Below, one piece after another: positions 1-11,549 of a stretch of DNA of 32,000 bases (position 1 is the stretch's first letter; every line of letters starts with the position of its first letter). A program made the position numbers and the translations under genes. Origin of the DNA: Ureaplasma parvum serovar 3 str. ATCC 27815 (GTDB lineage Bacteria; Bacillota_I; Bacilli_A; Mycoplasmatales; Mycoplasmoidaceae); contig NC_010503.1 in NCBI RefSeq assembly GCF_000019345.1, forward strand, positions 630,001 through 662,000, read 5' to 3'. The notes under the pieces were generated by a model. It searched no databases and was not told where the DNA came from. It worked only from the letters and a program-made list of their open reading frames with translations.

Positions 1-659
1 TGCAATGCAGCTTCATAAAAAGCCTTATTTTTATGATTGGGAGCAGTAAAATAAGGATTTCCTGCTTGACCCATTCCTACAATCAAAGCTAGAGTATTAT
101 TTTTAGTAATGTTATTTAAAAGATTAATTTGTGAATCAAAGGTTTTATTTTTATCATTTGAAATAATAAACTCATCAACATAAACAATTGCTCCATCGCT
201 TGTTTTTAATACAAATCCATATGAATGAGGCATTGAGTTTGAAACTTTAAAAGATGTAACATAAATTGATCCAATTTTCTTATCTGAAATTGGATCTAGC
301 TCAATAATATTAGGTTCAATTTTTTTATTGTTTACTTTTTGTTCAAAAATTTTTTTAATAACAATTGCTCCTATTGGGCTTGTGTAAATTGGGATTTTAT
401 AACCTACTTGTCCTAGTAATAATTTAATTCCCATAACATTATTAAATGTTGGTGTACCAATAAAAATTCCCTTAACGCGTTTTGCGTTTTTTTCTAAATA
501 AGAATAATCACAAACAATCATATTTACGCCAAAAACATCACTTGTTGGAATTTTCGCACCAGCATTAAAAATAAAAATATCATCGTTCACTTCAAGAACA
601 AAGCAAGATTTTCCTCTTTCATCTTGTCCTCCTAACGATAAAAAATTAATTTTAGCCAT
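1..659 (-). CDS. RNase J-like metallo-beta-lactamase-fold protein, 3' part outside window; metal-binding motif degenerate
   Basis: Reverse-strand reading MAKINFLSLGGQDERGKSCFVLEVNDDIFIFNAGAKIP... with RBS AAAGGAGC; resembles the RNase J N-terminus, but the HxHxDH motif position reads IGTPTFNNVMGI. Confidence 0.75.
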   Translation of the reverse strand, partial: MAKINFLSLGGQDERGKSCFVLEVNDDIFIFNAGAKIPTSDVFGVNMIVCDYSYLEKNAKRVKGIFIGTPTFNNVMGIKLLLGQVGYKIPIYTSPIGAIVIKKIFEQKVNNKKIEPNIIELDPISDKKIGSIYVTSFKVSNSMPHSYGFVLKTSDGAIVYVDEFIISNDKNKTFDSQINLLNNITKNNTLALIVGMGQAGNPYFTAPNHKNKAFYEAAL

Positions 660-798
660 AAAGCTCCTTTATATATAAAAATGTAAAATAATATGTGTTT
701 TAATCCTTAAATTATACTCTATTATATCTTATCGATATAAATATAAATTTTTTAAAAGAACATTATTTTCAACTAATTATTTAAAAGAGGTGATTATA

Positions 799-2775
799 AT
801 GAAAATTGTTCAACAAACTTCTGATAATGAATGTGGTGTGTGTGTTATTAACATGTTAGCAAATTATTATCATAATAAAACAATTGATAAAAACATCATT
901 CTTCAAAAAGCAAATTTAACAAAAAATGGTTTGAGTTTGCAAGAACTTGAAAACTTAGCAAATGAATTTAATTTAGATGCACAATCATTTGAATGTAGTT
1001 TTGAGGAGTTAATTGATGAAAAAATCAATGACTATTTTATAGCTTTAATTAACAAAAACGGTTTGAATCATTTTGTTATTGTTAAAAATTATAACAAAAA
1101 TTTTTTTCGTATTTATGATCCAGAAAATAAAATATATGAATTAAATAATGAAGAATTTAAAAAAATATTTTTAAATATAATTGTGCGTGTTTCTAAAAAT
1201 CATCAAATTTTTGACCTTCCCATATTTAAAGAATCTTATTTAAAAAATATTAAACTCTCATCGTTAATTATCATATTATTTATAGAGTTATTAAATATTC
1301 CTTTAAATATTTTTTTAAGTAAAATTGTAAACTTACTAATAGATTTAGTTTTAATTGACACACAAATTAAAAACTTAACATACTTATTTATTGTTTTTAG
1401 TTTATTTTATATTAGTAATGCTTTCAAAGATTTACTAATTACTATATACATAAATAAAATTAGTAATAATATTTTTTCTAATATTAATAATAAAATAGTT
1501 AATAATTTAGCTAATAAATCAATTATTTTTTTTAATAAAACAAATTTAGGTGAATTAAGCTCGATTCAGATTCATTTGAATAATATAATTCATTTTCTAT
1601 TAGTTAGTCGTATAAAATTATTAGTTAATACTTTATTTGCAATTTGTATTATTTGTTTATTAGGTTTACAAAATTGATCTTTATTATTAATAAGTTTAGG
1701 GTTTAGTTTGTTAAATTTTATAATAGGATTGATTAATTGAAAATATTTTAAAATCCACAGTTTAAAAATAATTAATATTGAAAACTCATTATTTATTAAA
1801 TATCAAAATTTTATTAAATTAATTAATCTCGAATACAATATCGATAAATATAATAACTATATTAATAGTTATAAAAAGCAATTTGATGAATTAATAATTT
1901 TTAAAAATAAAATTACTATTTTTAAATCGAATGTAAATTTTTATTTATCAATTATTAATAATATTGGTTTATTGATTTTATTAACTTATCTAATCATTAA
2001 TACCAATTATGATTATAAAGTTATTAGCGTAATCACTTATATAGTTTTTTTACATCAAAATCTAAATAATTTGTTTTTTGGTATCTTTAATTTTTTTAAT
2101 GAATTATTAAATTTTAAAAATGGAAAACAAATTGTTGAAAAAATTTTGTATATTGATAATTATGAAGAACATGATGGTATACAAATTAATAAAATTACAT
2201 CATGTAAAATTACCGAAAACCAAAAGGAATTTGAATTTAGCAAATCTTGTTTAATCATAGGAAAAAGTGGTGTTGGAAAAACAACATTATTAAAAAATTT
2301 TTTAAACTTTAATAATAAAAATTTATTTTTTAATAACTTAAATGTAAATAATATAAATTTAAATCAACTTAAAGAATTAATTATCTATCATCCAACAAAT
2401 CCTTTAATAAATGATTTTGATATAAATTGGTTTATAGATAAAAATGAAGAAATTATTAATGCTTTAAAAATAGTTATTTTTATAACAAAGATCGATTGAT
2501 CATTAAATAATAATTTTGAACATAATATTAACTTATCAACTGGTCAACAACAAATCCTTGCTTTTTTAAATCTTTTAAAATACAAAAATAAATTATTACT
2601 ACTTGATGAACCACTAGCACATGTTGATAATGATAATAAAAAAATAATTTTAAACTCAATATTGCCTATAATTCTAAAAAATAATTTTGTCATTTATGTT
2701 TCACATGATCATTATTTAAAAAAATATTTTGATCAAATAATTAATTTAAATGATGAAAAAATGGATAAGTATTAG
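799..2775 (+). CDS. C39 peptidase-containing ABC transporter (bacteriocin/peptide-exporter type)
   Basis: One reading frame when TGA=Trp (TGA at 1675, 1738, 2497). N-term QTSDNECGVCVINML (C39 Cys), NHFVIVKNY..YDPE (His/Asp), multiple TM segments, Walker A GKSGVGKTT, signature LSTGQQQ, Walker B LLLLDEP. RBS AAAAGAGG before ATG at 799. Confidence 0.88.
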
Positions 2776-3115
2776 TCTTTTGGGTTTTTTATTATCTTTA
2801 TTAATAGCAATTGGTGTAATGTTTGGATTTAAAAATAAAAAATATTTTAAAACGACATTAAACATTCAAACAAAATTATCTATAATCACTAAAAACAATT
2901 ATGAAAAAATTAAAACCAAAAAACAACTAGAAATTAAAATTAAAAATTTAACTTATTATGTTAAATTTAAATTTTTAAAACAAACTCATGATTATTGCCT
3001 AATAAAAATCTTTCTTAGTTTAAAAACAGATCAAAAAATGATTGATATTAGTATATACACTAATACTCAACCATTAATTGAATCTATAATTAATAATTTC
3101 AAATTATACAATTAA
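2750..3115 (+). CDS. Small single-TM anchored protein overlapping the exporter gene (possible exporter accessory)
   Basis: MMKKWISISLLGFLLSLLIAIGVMFGF then a soluble domain; starts 26 nt inside the ABC transporter gene in another frame. Confidence 0.6.
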   Translation: MMKKWISISLLGFLLSLLIAIGVMFGFKNKKYFKTTLNIQTKLSIITKNNYEKIKTKKQLEIKIKNLTYYVKFKFLKQTHDYCLIKIFLSLKTDQKMIDISIYTNTQPLIESIINNFKLYN

Positions 3116-4240
3116 TTGAATAAAAAATTTTTGAATGTTAGGAAATAAATTTTCATCTTGTAAACTGCCTGTAATAAGAAGTGTAAAAATGAACATGATT
3201 GATATTACAAATGAATGTGAATCTATACGATCTAATAATCCACCATGGCCAGGAATTAAATTACTATAATCTTTGGTATGATAATTACGTTTAATCGCAC
3301 TAAATACTAAGTCCCCACTAGTGCTTATTAAACTCAAAAACAAAAAAGCAACTATTGTGCAAATTCATCATAATGCTTGTTTATGCAATGTAAGATTTTT
3401 TTCATTTGAACTAGAAAAATCTAAACCAAAAATATTATATAAAACATTTTGTGATTTTAACACTATGCCGTTTTTAGGTTTAATTGGCACATATGACAAA
3501 CCAAAAATTATTAACATAATAACAATTGTTGCAATTACTAAACCAAAAATTAATCCTTCAACTGTTTTGTTAGGACTTATTTTTGGTGCTAATTTTGTTT
3601 TACCAAATAAAACACCACCAACATATGCAAATGTATCACTTAAAAAAACAATCATCATTAGCAATAATGAAGTAATTCAACTTCTAATAAAAGTAAAATA
3701 AAGTAATCCTATAAAAAAACCACTTAAAAAACTAAAAATTAAAATTGTGTATAAACAATTTTTGAAATTAATTTTTTTTAGAAATGCTAAAAAGAAAAAT
3801 AAAATAACTAATGTAACAAAATACGAGCATCCTAAACATGCGCCAAATAGTTTGATGACGTAATGGTAATTTATAGTTAAAAGGTATTTAATATTTAAAA
3901 ACTCATATTGATATATAAAATAAGAAATCGTTGTAGTATAAATGCAAATATTAAAAACAATTGTTAAGATGATTAATGTTATCTTATTATTATCAAAAAT
4001 GACTTTATTCATTTCATACGAACCAATACATATTAATGGTAATAATCATATTAATAAAACAATTGCAATCCCTTGTTGAATATATAAATTATTAATTAAA
4101 GGTGTTCAATTATAATTACGATCTGCTAATAATGCTAAAACAAAATAAATTAATAAGTATAAAAAAATAAAAATCGATGAATAAAACCGTTTAAAAAAAG
4201 TGTTTTTTGTTTTTTCATTGATTTTATTGACACTAATCAT
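3104..4240 (-). CDS. cdsA: Phosphatidate cytidylyltransferase
   Basis: Three track ORFs share one frame with TGA=Trp; C-terminal motif SLISTSGDLVFSAIKRNYHTKDYSNLIPGHGGLLDRIDS; lies directly after pyrH-frr. Confidence 0.9.
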
Positions 4241-4250
4241 TTTTAATTAA

Positions 4251-4802
4251 TTAAACAGTCATTATGTCTTTTTCTTTATGACTTACAACTGTTTCGATTT
4301 CCTTATTTAATTCTTTTGTTAAATTATCTAATTCTGTTTGAAAAAACTTTTTATCGTCTTCAATAGTTGTTGAATCTTTTTTGAATAAATCTTGTGCTTC
4401 TTGACGGATATGACGTACACGAATTTTAGCTTCTTCGCCAACCTGTTTTGCTTTTTTAACTAAATTTTTTCTTACTTCTTCTGTTGGAGCAGCGAACGTT
4501 AAACGAATAATATCAACATCTACTTGAGGATTAACACCTAAATTTGATGCGTTAATTGCAGTAGCAATATCTTTAATACTACTTCTATCATAAGGTTTAA
4601 TTGCTAAAACACGTGGTTCTGGAACTGAAATATTTGCTAATTGATTAATTGGCATCATTGAACCATAATAATTAACTAAAATACCATCTAAAATAGCAGG
4701 CGTAGCTCTTCCTGTTCGCAATTTAATAAATTCATTGTGCATTCATTTTAACACTAATTCAAATTCTTCTCTGATTTTAGTTTCATAAATTTTAAAATTC
4801 AT
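4251..4802 (-). CDS. frr: Ribosome recycling factor
   Basis: MNFKIYETKIREEFELVLKWMHNEFIKLRTGRATPAILDGI...; RBS AAGGAG; upstream part missed by the track because of a TGA Trp codon. Confidence 0.97.
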
Positions 4803-4819
4803 AAAATCTCCTTAAAAAA

Positions 4820-5527
4820 TTATTTTGAAACAATTGTGTATTTATTTTTTTTCTCTAAAACATCAACAATTGCATTTGGTTTATCAATATTAAAAACTAA
4901 TAAATTTATATTATTTTCTTGACACAAAGCTAAAGCTGTTGCATCCATAACTTTTAAATTTTGAGTAAGGGCCATATTAAATGTAATATGTTCATAAAAT
5001 TGTGCATTAGGATTAATTTTTGGATCACTATCATAGACACCATCAACACCATTTTTGCCCATTAAAATTATACTAGATTCTGTTTCAGCAGCTCTAATTG
5101 CTGCACACGAATCAGTTGTAAAATATGGAAATCCTGTTCCAGCCACAAAAATCATTACTTGTTCTTTTTCAATAGCTTTTTTTATATTATTAGCAGATGA
5201 TTCATGAACTAATTTATCACATTTAATTGCAGATAAAACAATAGTGTTAACATTCAAATGATTTAAAGCATTTTCTAAAGCTAACCCATTTATAATAGTT
5301 GCCATCATACCCATATTATCAGCTAAATTACGATCCATATCTAGCTCTTTGGCAATGCTACCTCGTCAAATATTGCCACCACCTAAAACAATTGATACAA
5401 TATATTTCTTAGAAATTTTTTCAATTTGTTCTGCTAAATCATTAATCTTTATAAAATCAATTATTGAACTATCATTTTGTTTTAAGCAAGCTCCAGAAAT
5501 TTTAATTACAATTCGTTGTTTTCGCAT
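4820..5527 (-). CDS. pyrH: UMP kinase
   Basis: MRKQRIVIKISGACL...[38 protein letters not shown]; TGA=Trp at 5366-5368. Confidence 0.96.
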
Positions 5528-5563
5528 ATGAATTTCCTTTCATATTCCTTATTGACTACACTA

Positions 5564-5600
5564 TAAAAATAGAAAGAAACTTTGTTTCCTTCTATTTTTA
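5564..5600 (-). terminator. Strong hairpin between tsf and pyrH (terminator or attenuator)
   Basis: TAAAAATAGAAAGAAAC / TTT / GTTTCCTTCTATTTTTA, 17-bp stem with one mismatch. Confidence 0.6.
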
Positions 5601-5610
5601 CATTTAAAAA

Positions 5611-6486
5611 TTATTTTTTCATTTGTGCTGCTACTTCATCAGCAAAACTCATTTGAGGAGCTTTTTCAATTCCTTCGCCTACTTCATATGAGAAATAACC
5701 TACTGCAACAGCGTTATTATTCTTTAAATATTTTTCAATTGTTAATTCTGGTTGTTTAAAATATGATTGATCTACTAAACAATTTTCTTTTAAAATTTTA
5801 TTTAAACGCCCGTCAATAATTTTTGCAGCAAAAGCTGCTGGTTTACCTTCATGTTCTAATTGATTAACAATAATTTCACGTTCTTTCGCTAATCATAACT
5901 TATCAACAACTTTTTCATTTAAATAACGTGGACGCATTGCTGCAGCATGCATTGCTACATTTCGAACAACTTCATCTTCAACTTTTCCATCAACTAAAAT
6001 AATAGCAGCAACTCTGTTGTTATTGTGAGTATAAACACCTAAAGTTTGGTCATCATTAGCTTTTAAAATTTCTCCACGTCTAAAAACGATTTTTTCACCA
6101 ATATATGCTGTTAAATCTAATCCTGATTCAGCAATTGGTTTTCCATTTATAATTAATTTATCAAAATCTTCTTTATTTTCAACCTTAGCTAATGCTTCTT
6201 CTAAAATTTGATTAGCATAAGCTAAAAAATTTTCATTCTTAGCAACAAAGTCAGTTTGACAATTAACCTCAATAAGAATTGCTTTATTATTTATTTTTTT
6301 GGCCAATACAACACCATCTGTCGCTGCATTTTTTAGTTTATTAGCAGCCTTAATAGCACCATTTTCTCGTAATCATACTATTGCTTTTTCAATATCATTT
6401 TCTGACGCATCTAAAGCTTTAATACATTCACTCATACTAGCTTGTGTTCTTATTCTTAATTCTTTAACTAATTCAGCTTTTGTCAT
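5611..6486 (-). CDS. tsf: Elongation factor Ts
   Basis: [43 protein letters not shown]...[17 protein letters not shown]. Confidence 0.96.
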
Positions 6487-6633
6487 TTATATTCACCTTT
6501 ATTAAATACATGTTTTTAGCATATCTTATATATTATATATAATTTATTATTGTTTTCATAATATATATTGATTAAATGAATAAAAATACATTAAAAAAAA
6601 CACTTTCAAAAGTGTTTTTTTTAGATAATTTAA

Positions 6634-6717
6634 TGGTGCGCTTGAAGAGACTTGAACTCTTACACCGCAAAGTACTAGATCCTAAGTCTAGCGCGTCTGC
6701 CATTCCGCCACAAGCGC
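6634..6717 (-). tRNA. tRNA-Leu(UAG)
   Basis: Reverse complement GCGCTTGTGGCGGAATGGCAGACGCGCTAGACTTAGGATCTAG...TTCAAGTCTCTTCAAGCGCACCA; cloverleaf with encoded CCA. Confidence 0.93.
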
Positions 6718-6721
6718 TTAA

Positions 6722-6797
6722 TGGTGCTCTGTGAGGGTTTCGAACCCGCGACCCACTGATTAAGAGTCAGTTGCTCTACCTACTGAGCTAACAGAGC
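6722..6797 (-). tRNA. tRNA-Lys(CUU)
   Basis: Anticodon arm ACTGA-CTCTTAA-TCAGT; acceptor GCTCTGT/ACAGAGC-ACCA. Confidence 0.92.
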
Positions 6798-6868
6798 ATA
6801 AACCCCTACCTACCCAAAGTAGATAGGGGTTTAGCTAAATCCCACTAATAAGCAGGTTGAGTATATAA

Positions 6869-6944
<76 letters not shown>

Positions 6945-6945
6945 A

Positions 6946-7021
6946 TGGTGGAGTGCAAGGGACTCGAACCCCTGACCCTTTGCTTGTAAGGCAAATGCTC
7001 TCCCAACTGAGCTAGCACTCC
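6946..7021 (-). tRNA. tRNA-Val(UAC)
   Basis: Anticodon arm TTTGC-CTTACAA-GCAAA; acceptor GGAGTGC/GCACTCC-ACCA. Confidence 0.92.
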
Positions 7022-7067
7022 ACAAATAATACTTAAATTTTTAAGTATTACTTCGTGTTTTTATAAA

Positions 7068-7144
7068 TGGTGACCTGTACGGGATTCAAACCCGTGAATG
7101 CACGCGTGAAAGGCGTGTGTGTTCAGTCACTTCACCAACAGGCC
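7068..7144 (-). tRNA. tRNA-Glu(UUC)
   Basis: Anticodon arm CACGC-CTTTCAC-GCGTG; GGTTTGAATCC T-arm; CCA end. Confidence 0.9.
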
Positions 7145-7145
7145 A

Positions 7146-7220
7146 TGGCGGCTACAGTAGGGATCGAACCTACGACCAACCGGTTAACAGCCGGTTGCTC
7201 TACCGCTGAGCTATGTAGCC
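7146..7220 (-). tRNA. tRNA-Asn(GUU)
   Basis: Anticodon arm ACCGG-CTGTTAA-CCGGT; acceptor GGCTACA/TGTAGCC-GCCA. Confidence 0.92.
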
Positions 7221-7413
7221 ATTTAATAATAATTTTAAAAACACTATAAAATTATAGTTATTTTTTTAAAAAATGTCAATCTTTTTTTAAAATTTTTAAT
7301 TTTTAATTTTTAGATACATAAAAATCCTTCCTATATATTATATATGTTATAAATTTTATAATCTCAAAGACTATAAAAAATATTTTTAATAAGCGTAAAT
7401 AGGAGATGAAATT

Positions 7414-8469
7414 ATGAATAAAATAAAAAATGCTAAATCTTCGTTTCTATATTTTAAAAAAATGCATAATTTAAAATCTTTTAACAAAAAAAGAAATAGA
7501 TTAAAAGGCATACAAATCATATTTATTGTTTTTCTAATAATCTTTTGTTCATTATTTTTCTTAATTGATTTATTTTTTACAGGTAATCATTTGAACGTCA
7601 TTAAAAGAATGTTTGAAAATAGTTCTCTTTCAAATTCAACTTATATTTTTGTTCCTGTTGCTAATATAATTACAGGATTTAGTTTAGGAATTGGTTCAAT
7701 TTCTATCCAAATTACTTCTAAAAATATTTTAGCTGGACCGTCAACACTTGGTTTTACACCAATGGCAATATTAGCATCAACCATTTCATTTATTATTACT
7801 TCAAGTGGTATTTTTTCAACAATTTTAATTTACTGTTTAGGTTTAATTTTTTCATTTATTATAATAGGTGTTAATTTTATATTAGTGAGAAATAATTTTT
7901 TAGAAAATAGTTTTAAACCTATTTTAGTTGCTTTTGGGATTGGAGCATTAGTGACGGGAATTAATATTGTTTTAATTGCAACACATGACAATTTAAAAAT
8001 TGTGGGATGATGGCGTTTTATTACTATCAACAATACATTAATAAACAATTATCGTATGATTGTTTCAAGTGTTCTAATGATTATTTCTACTATTATTTTA
8101 TTATTTTTATCTCCTTATTTAAATATTATTAGAAAAGATTATATACTTGCTAAATCATTGGGGATTAAAGTCAATCTAATTTATTGGTTAGTGGCTATTT
8201 GTGTGGTAACTATTACTATATCATCATCTATATTATTGGGAATAATTGCTTTATTAGGAGTAATTGTTGGAATTATTATTCAAACAATTTTTAAAAAAAC
8301 ACACGTTTTATTACTAATGATACTAGCAGGACTTTTTGGTAGTGGAATCTTATCATTTTCAAGTTACATTAATGAATATATTCCTAGTGCCCGTGAAATG
8401 ATTATTTGTGTTTTTGCTATACCAGTATTTGCTTACATTCTAAGTAAGAGAAAAGGATTTATTAAATAA
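7414..8469 (+). CDS. FecCD/BtuC-like ABC transporter permease (metal/siderophore type)
   Basis: Two track ORFs joined by a TGA Trp codon (8008-8010); polytopic, SLGIGSISIQITSKNILAGPSTLGFTPMAILASTI and ILLGIIALLGVIVGIIIQ resemble the FecCD family. Confidence 0.78.
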
Positions 8470-8470
8470 A

Positions 8471-9496
8471 ATGATTAATTTAAACACTTGAAATAAAACT
8501 CATTCTTTTAAAAACCCTTTAAAATATCAAAATAAAATCGCATATTTAAAAACAATGATAACAGTAATTATAAGTATTGTTGTATTTATTATTACATTAG
8601 CTTGAACTTATGATTTTAATTTTAAACAAGACAATATTGCCTTGGCTTATATAATTATGCAAATTTTTTTATCAGGTTTTATTTTAGGATTTTGTGCATA
8701 TTTAATTCAAAAATTAACAAAAAACCGCTTCAGTGATACATCAATTATGGGAATTAGTAGTGTTAATATTTTAGGAGTAATTATTATTGCATTTCAGGTT
8801 GATTTTAATAATTTTAGTGCTGATAAATTATCAACATTAGAGCATACTGAACCAATAATATTTTTTATAGCACCAATTATTTTATGTATGCTCTATTATT
8901 TTACATGCAAAGAACAAAGTAGTTTTAATTATAAAAAAATGCTGATTTCAGGAGTTATTGTTAATTTTTTAAGCGTTGCATTAGGAGCAAGTATTGCTAA
9001 AAATTTACCTAAATTAGCTAATGCTTACGTTTCAAGATACACATATGGTAGTATTGAACCACAACAAGAGTCTTTTTTTATCGCTTTAGTTTTAATTATC
9101 ATAGGGTTATTAATAGTTTTATTTAATTTTAAAAAAATTCAAATAGTTTCATCTAATCAAGACTTAGCTAATCAATTAGGAATCAACGTCAAATTAACTT
9201 CTGGACTTCTTTTAGTTGCAATTTGTTTAATGGTAGGAGCATCATATAGTTTGAATGGAAATTTGATATTTATAGGATTAATGGCTGGAAACATGGGTTC
9301 TGTTATTAGTAACAACCGATTTAAATCCGCTGCTATTAGTTCAGGATGTTGTGGGTCATTAATATATATGTTGTCTTTTTTATTATTTATTAAAATTTTA
9401 AATTTTGATAGTCAATGACTAAATTTAGCCATTCCCTTAATTATTTCTCCTTACTTTATTTATATTATTGTTAAAAAAAATAAATCAGATTTATAG
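8471..9496 (+). CDS. FecCD/BtuC-like ABC transporter permease, second subunit
   Basis: Starts 1 nt after the first permease; MINLNTWNKTHSFKNPLKYQ...; SRYTYGSIEPQQES, LANQLGINVKL, GNLIFIGLMAGNMG; ends at TAG 9494. Confidence 0.78.
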
Positions 9497-9535
9497 TAAA
9501 ATATACAAAATATAAAAACAATTAAAGGACGATAT

Positions 9536-11146
9536 ATGAAAAAATGAAAACTAGTTCGAACTTCAGGGTTGATTCTTATTACAGGAATTAGTATACCTGT
9601 AATAACAACAAGTTGTTCTCTAATTGATTTGTTCAAAAGTAATAATGAGAAACAAAATGAATTTACTCATGGTAAACTAAAATCTAATCTTGATTACAAT
9701 GTAAGTACTGCTTATTTAAATAAAAGATCTATTGCTTTAAAATTCACAATACCTTTAGATAAAAATCAAGCTATTAATATTTTTGGAACAGGATGAATTT
9801 TTGATTTTCAAGAAGATCCATTTACAAAAAACATTAGAACTTATTACTTGGCAACTAACATTCATGTTATTAATTTGATTTCAGCAGCAAAACAAAATGC
9901 TTCTTTAACGCTTGGTCAATACGATTTAGAATCCCAATCCCAAGATACAAGAGCTTTTTTTAATGAAAATTTATCATTTAAATCCGCTAAAAAAACTTAT
10001 AATCCACAATACTATGTAAATTATAATCCAGTAGGCACTTTTTCAATTTTGCCTGTTGGATTAAAAAACCAACTAAAAAATTATGGTATTAAAAACCCAG
10101 CCGCTTTAGCTTCTTTAAATAATTTAACAACTGCTGTTGATTTAGCTATTATCAAAATCACACCAGATATCTTACAAAAAAATAATATTGATGCTTTGAG
10201 AAATTTTGATAAAGAAGTAGGTATTGGTTTTGGTAATACTATTAGCAATCATCAAAGGTTTTATGCCGCAGGATATCCACATGATGAAAAATATAGTCGT
10301 TGAAACCAGTATTCAAACCAACCAGATGAATTATTTAATTCATTTTCAACATCAAATTATCGGAAGGATAATCCAATAAATTTTAGTTATAATGAAGAAT
10401 ATATGACAGTTAGTAACCGTAACACAATAGGTAAAAATAATCCTACTAAATATGAAGCTTATGACTATGCAACAAAAAATTTTGATTTACATTCAGGAGC
10501 ATCAGGAAGTCCAATAATTGATGACAATAATAACTATGTTGGAATTTATTGAGGTGGATTTAAAATTCAAGAGGGTCTAAAAACAACTTTTTATGGTAAT
10601 TTTAGCCCTTTATTCGTTCATAAAGATAATGGATTATCTCAAGATTTATTAGCATATTATTTAGCATATACTGCAAATGAAACTACATATTTAGACACTA
10701 ATTTTAATACTAATTTACGTTATTCAGCATTATCAAAAGAAAATAAAGAAATATATGATAAATTTGTTCAAAGTCTTGAAAAACAATTTCTAAGTGATGA
10801 TAATCAGTATGGTGATAAAAATATTTTATCACTAAAAACAGTTGATGGATATTCTAAAAATAAACAAGATTTAATTAATACCTTATACAATTTTATTTTT
10901 AAGGATATTAATTCACCATCATTTAATGAGAAATATACACATGAAAATTTAAAATTAAAAGATATAATTGATGTAAAAGTTGAATGAAATCGTAACAAAA
11001 ATATTGATTTAAGAATCACATTTATAACAAAAAGACCGTTAAATTTTAATGTTAATCATATTGTTAATTTCAATACAAGCTTTACTTTTTTTAAAGAAAT
11101 CTCTAAACCAAATGAAAATAATAATTGAATTGACCAATTATTATAA
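9536..11146 (+). CDS. DUF31-like (Mycoplasma immunoglobulin protease/MIP-type) serine protease lipoprotein
   Basis: Lipobox signal MKKWKLVRTSGLILITGISIPVITTSCS; ATNIHVINL (His region) and HSGASGSPIIDDNNNYVGIYWGG (Ser region) as in trypsin-like DUF31 proteins; one frame with TGA=Trp. Confidence 0.8.
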
Positions 11147-11217
11147 TTTTGTTTATTTCATTGTTTCTATTTTATAAAATATAAATATGAAAATTTAGTT
11201 AAAAGGAATAATTATTT

Positions 11218-11436
11218 ATGGCATCTGAAGATAAAGTAGTTTACTATTTATCACCTAATGAAGATAAGGGTTGAAAGATCTTTAAAAAAGGTGGCGAACG
11301 TGCAACAAAATTATTTAGCACTAAAAAAGAAGCTTTAGAATATATCAAAACATTAGGACGTAATCAAAATGCTGTTGTTTATATTCAAACAAAAGATGGT
11401 AAATTCCAAGACGTTCGAAATTATCGTGATAAATAA
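11218..11436 (+). CDS. Small DUF2188-type protein
   Basis: MASEDKVVYYLSPNEDKGWKIFKKGGERATKLFSTKKEALEYIKTLGRNQNAVVYIQTKDGKFQDVRNYRDK*. Confidence 0.75.
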
Positions 11437-11467
11437 ACAAGATAAATTAAAGATAAATTAATTGATT

Positions 11468-11515
11468 AAAAACATTAAGAAGTACACCCTAATAAATGTA
11501 TTTCTTAATGTTTTT
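11468..11515. terminator. Bidirectional terminator between convergent genes
   Basis: AAAAACATTAAGAA ... TTCTTAATGTTTTT, 14-bp perfect stem with T-runs on both sides. Confidence 0.7.
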
Positions 11516-11549
11516 ATTTTTCGAATTAAAGGTTAATAATTGCTAAATT

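Noticed and set aside
3321-3701. Plus-strand ORF of 126 aa.
   Set aside because: Antisense to cdsA, which has clear conserved motifs; no family signature.
7067-7249. Plus-strand ORF (MVTCTGFKPVNARVKGVCVQ...).
   Set aside because: A translation of the antisense of the tRNA-Glu and tRNA-Asn genes.
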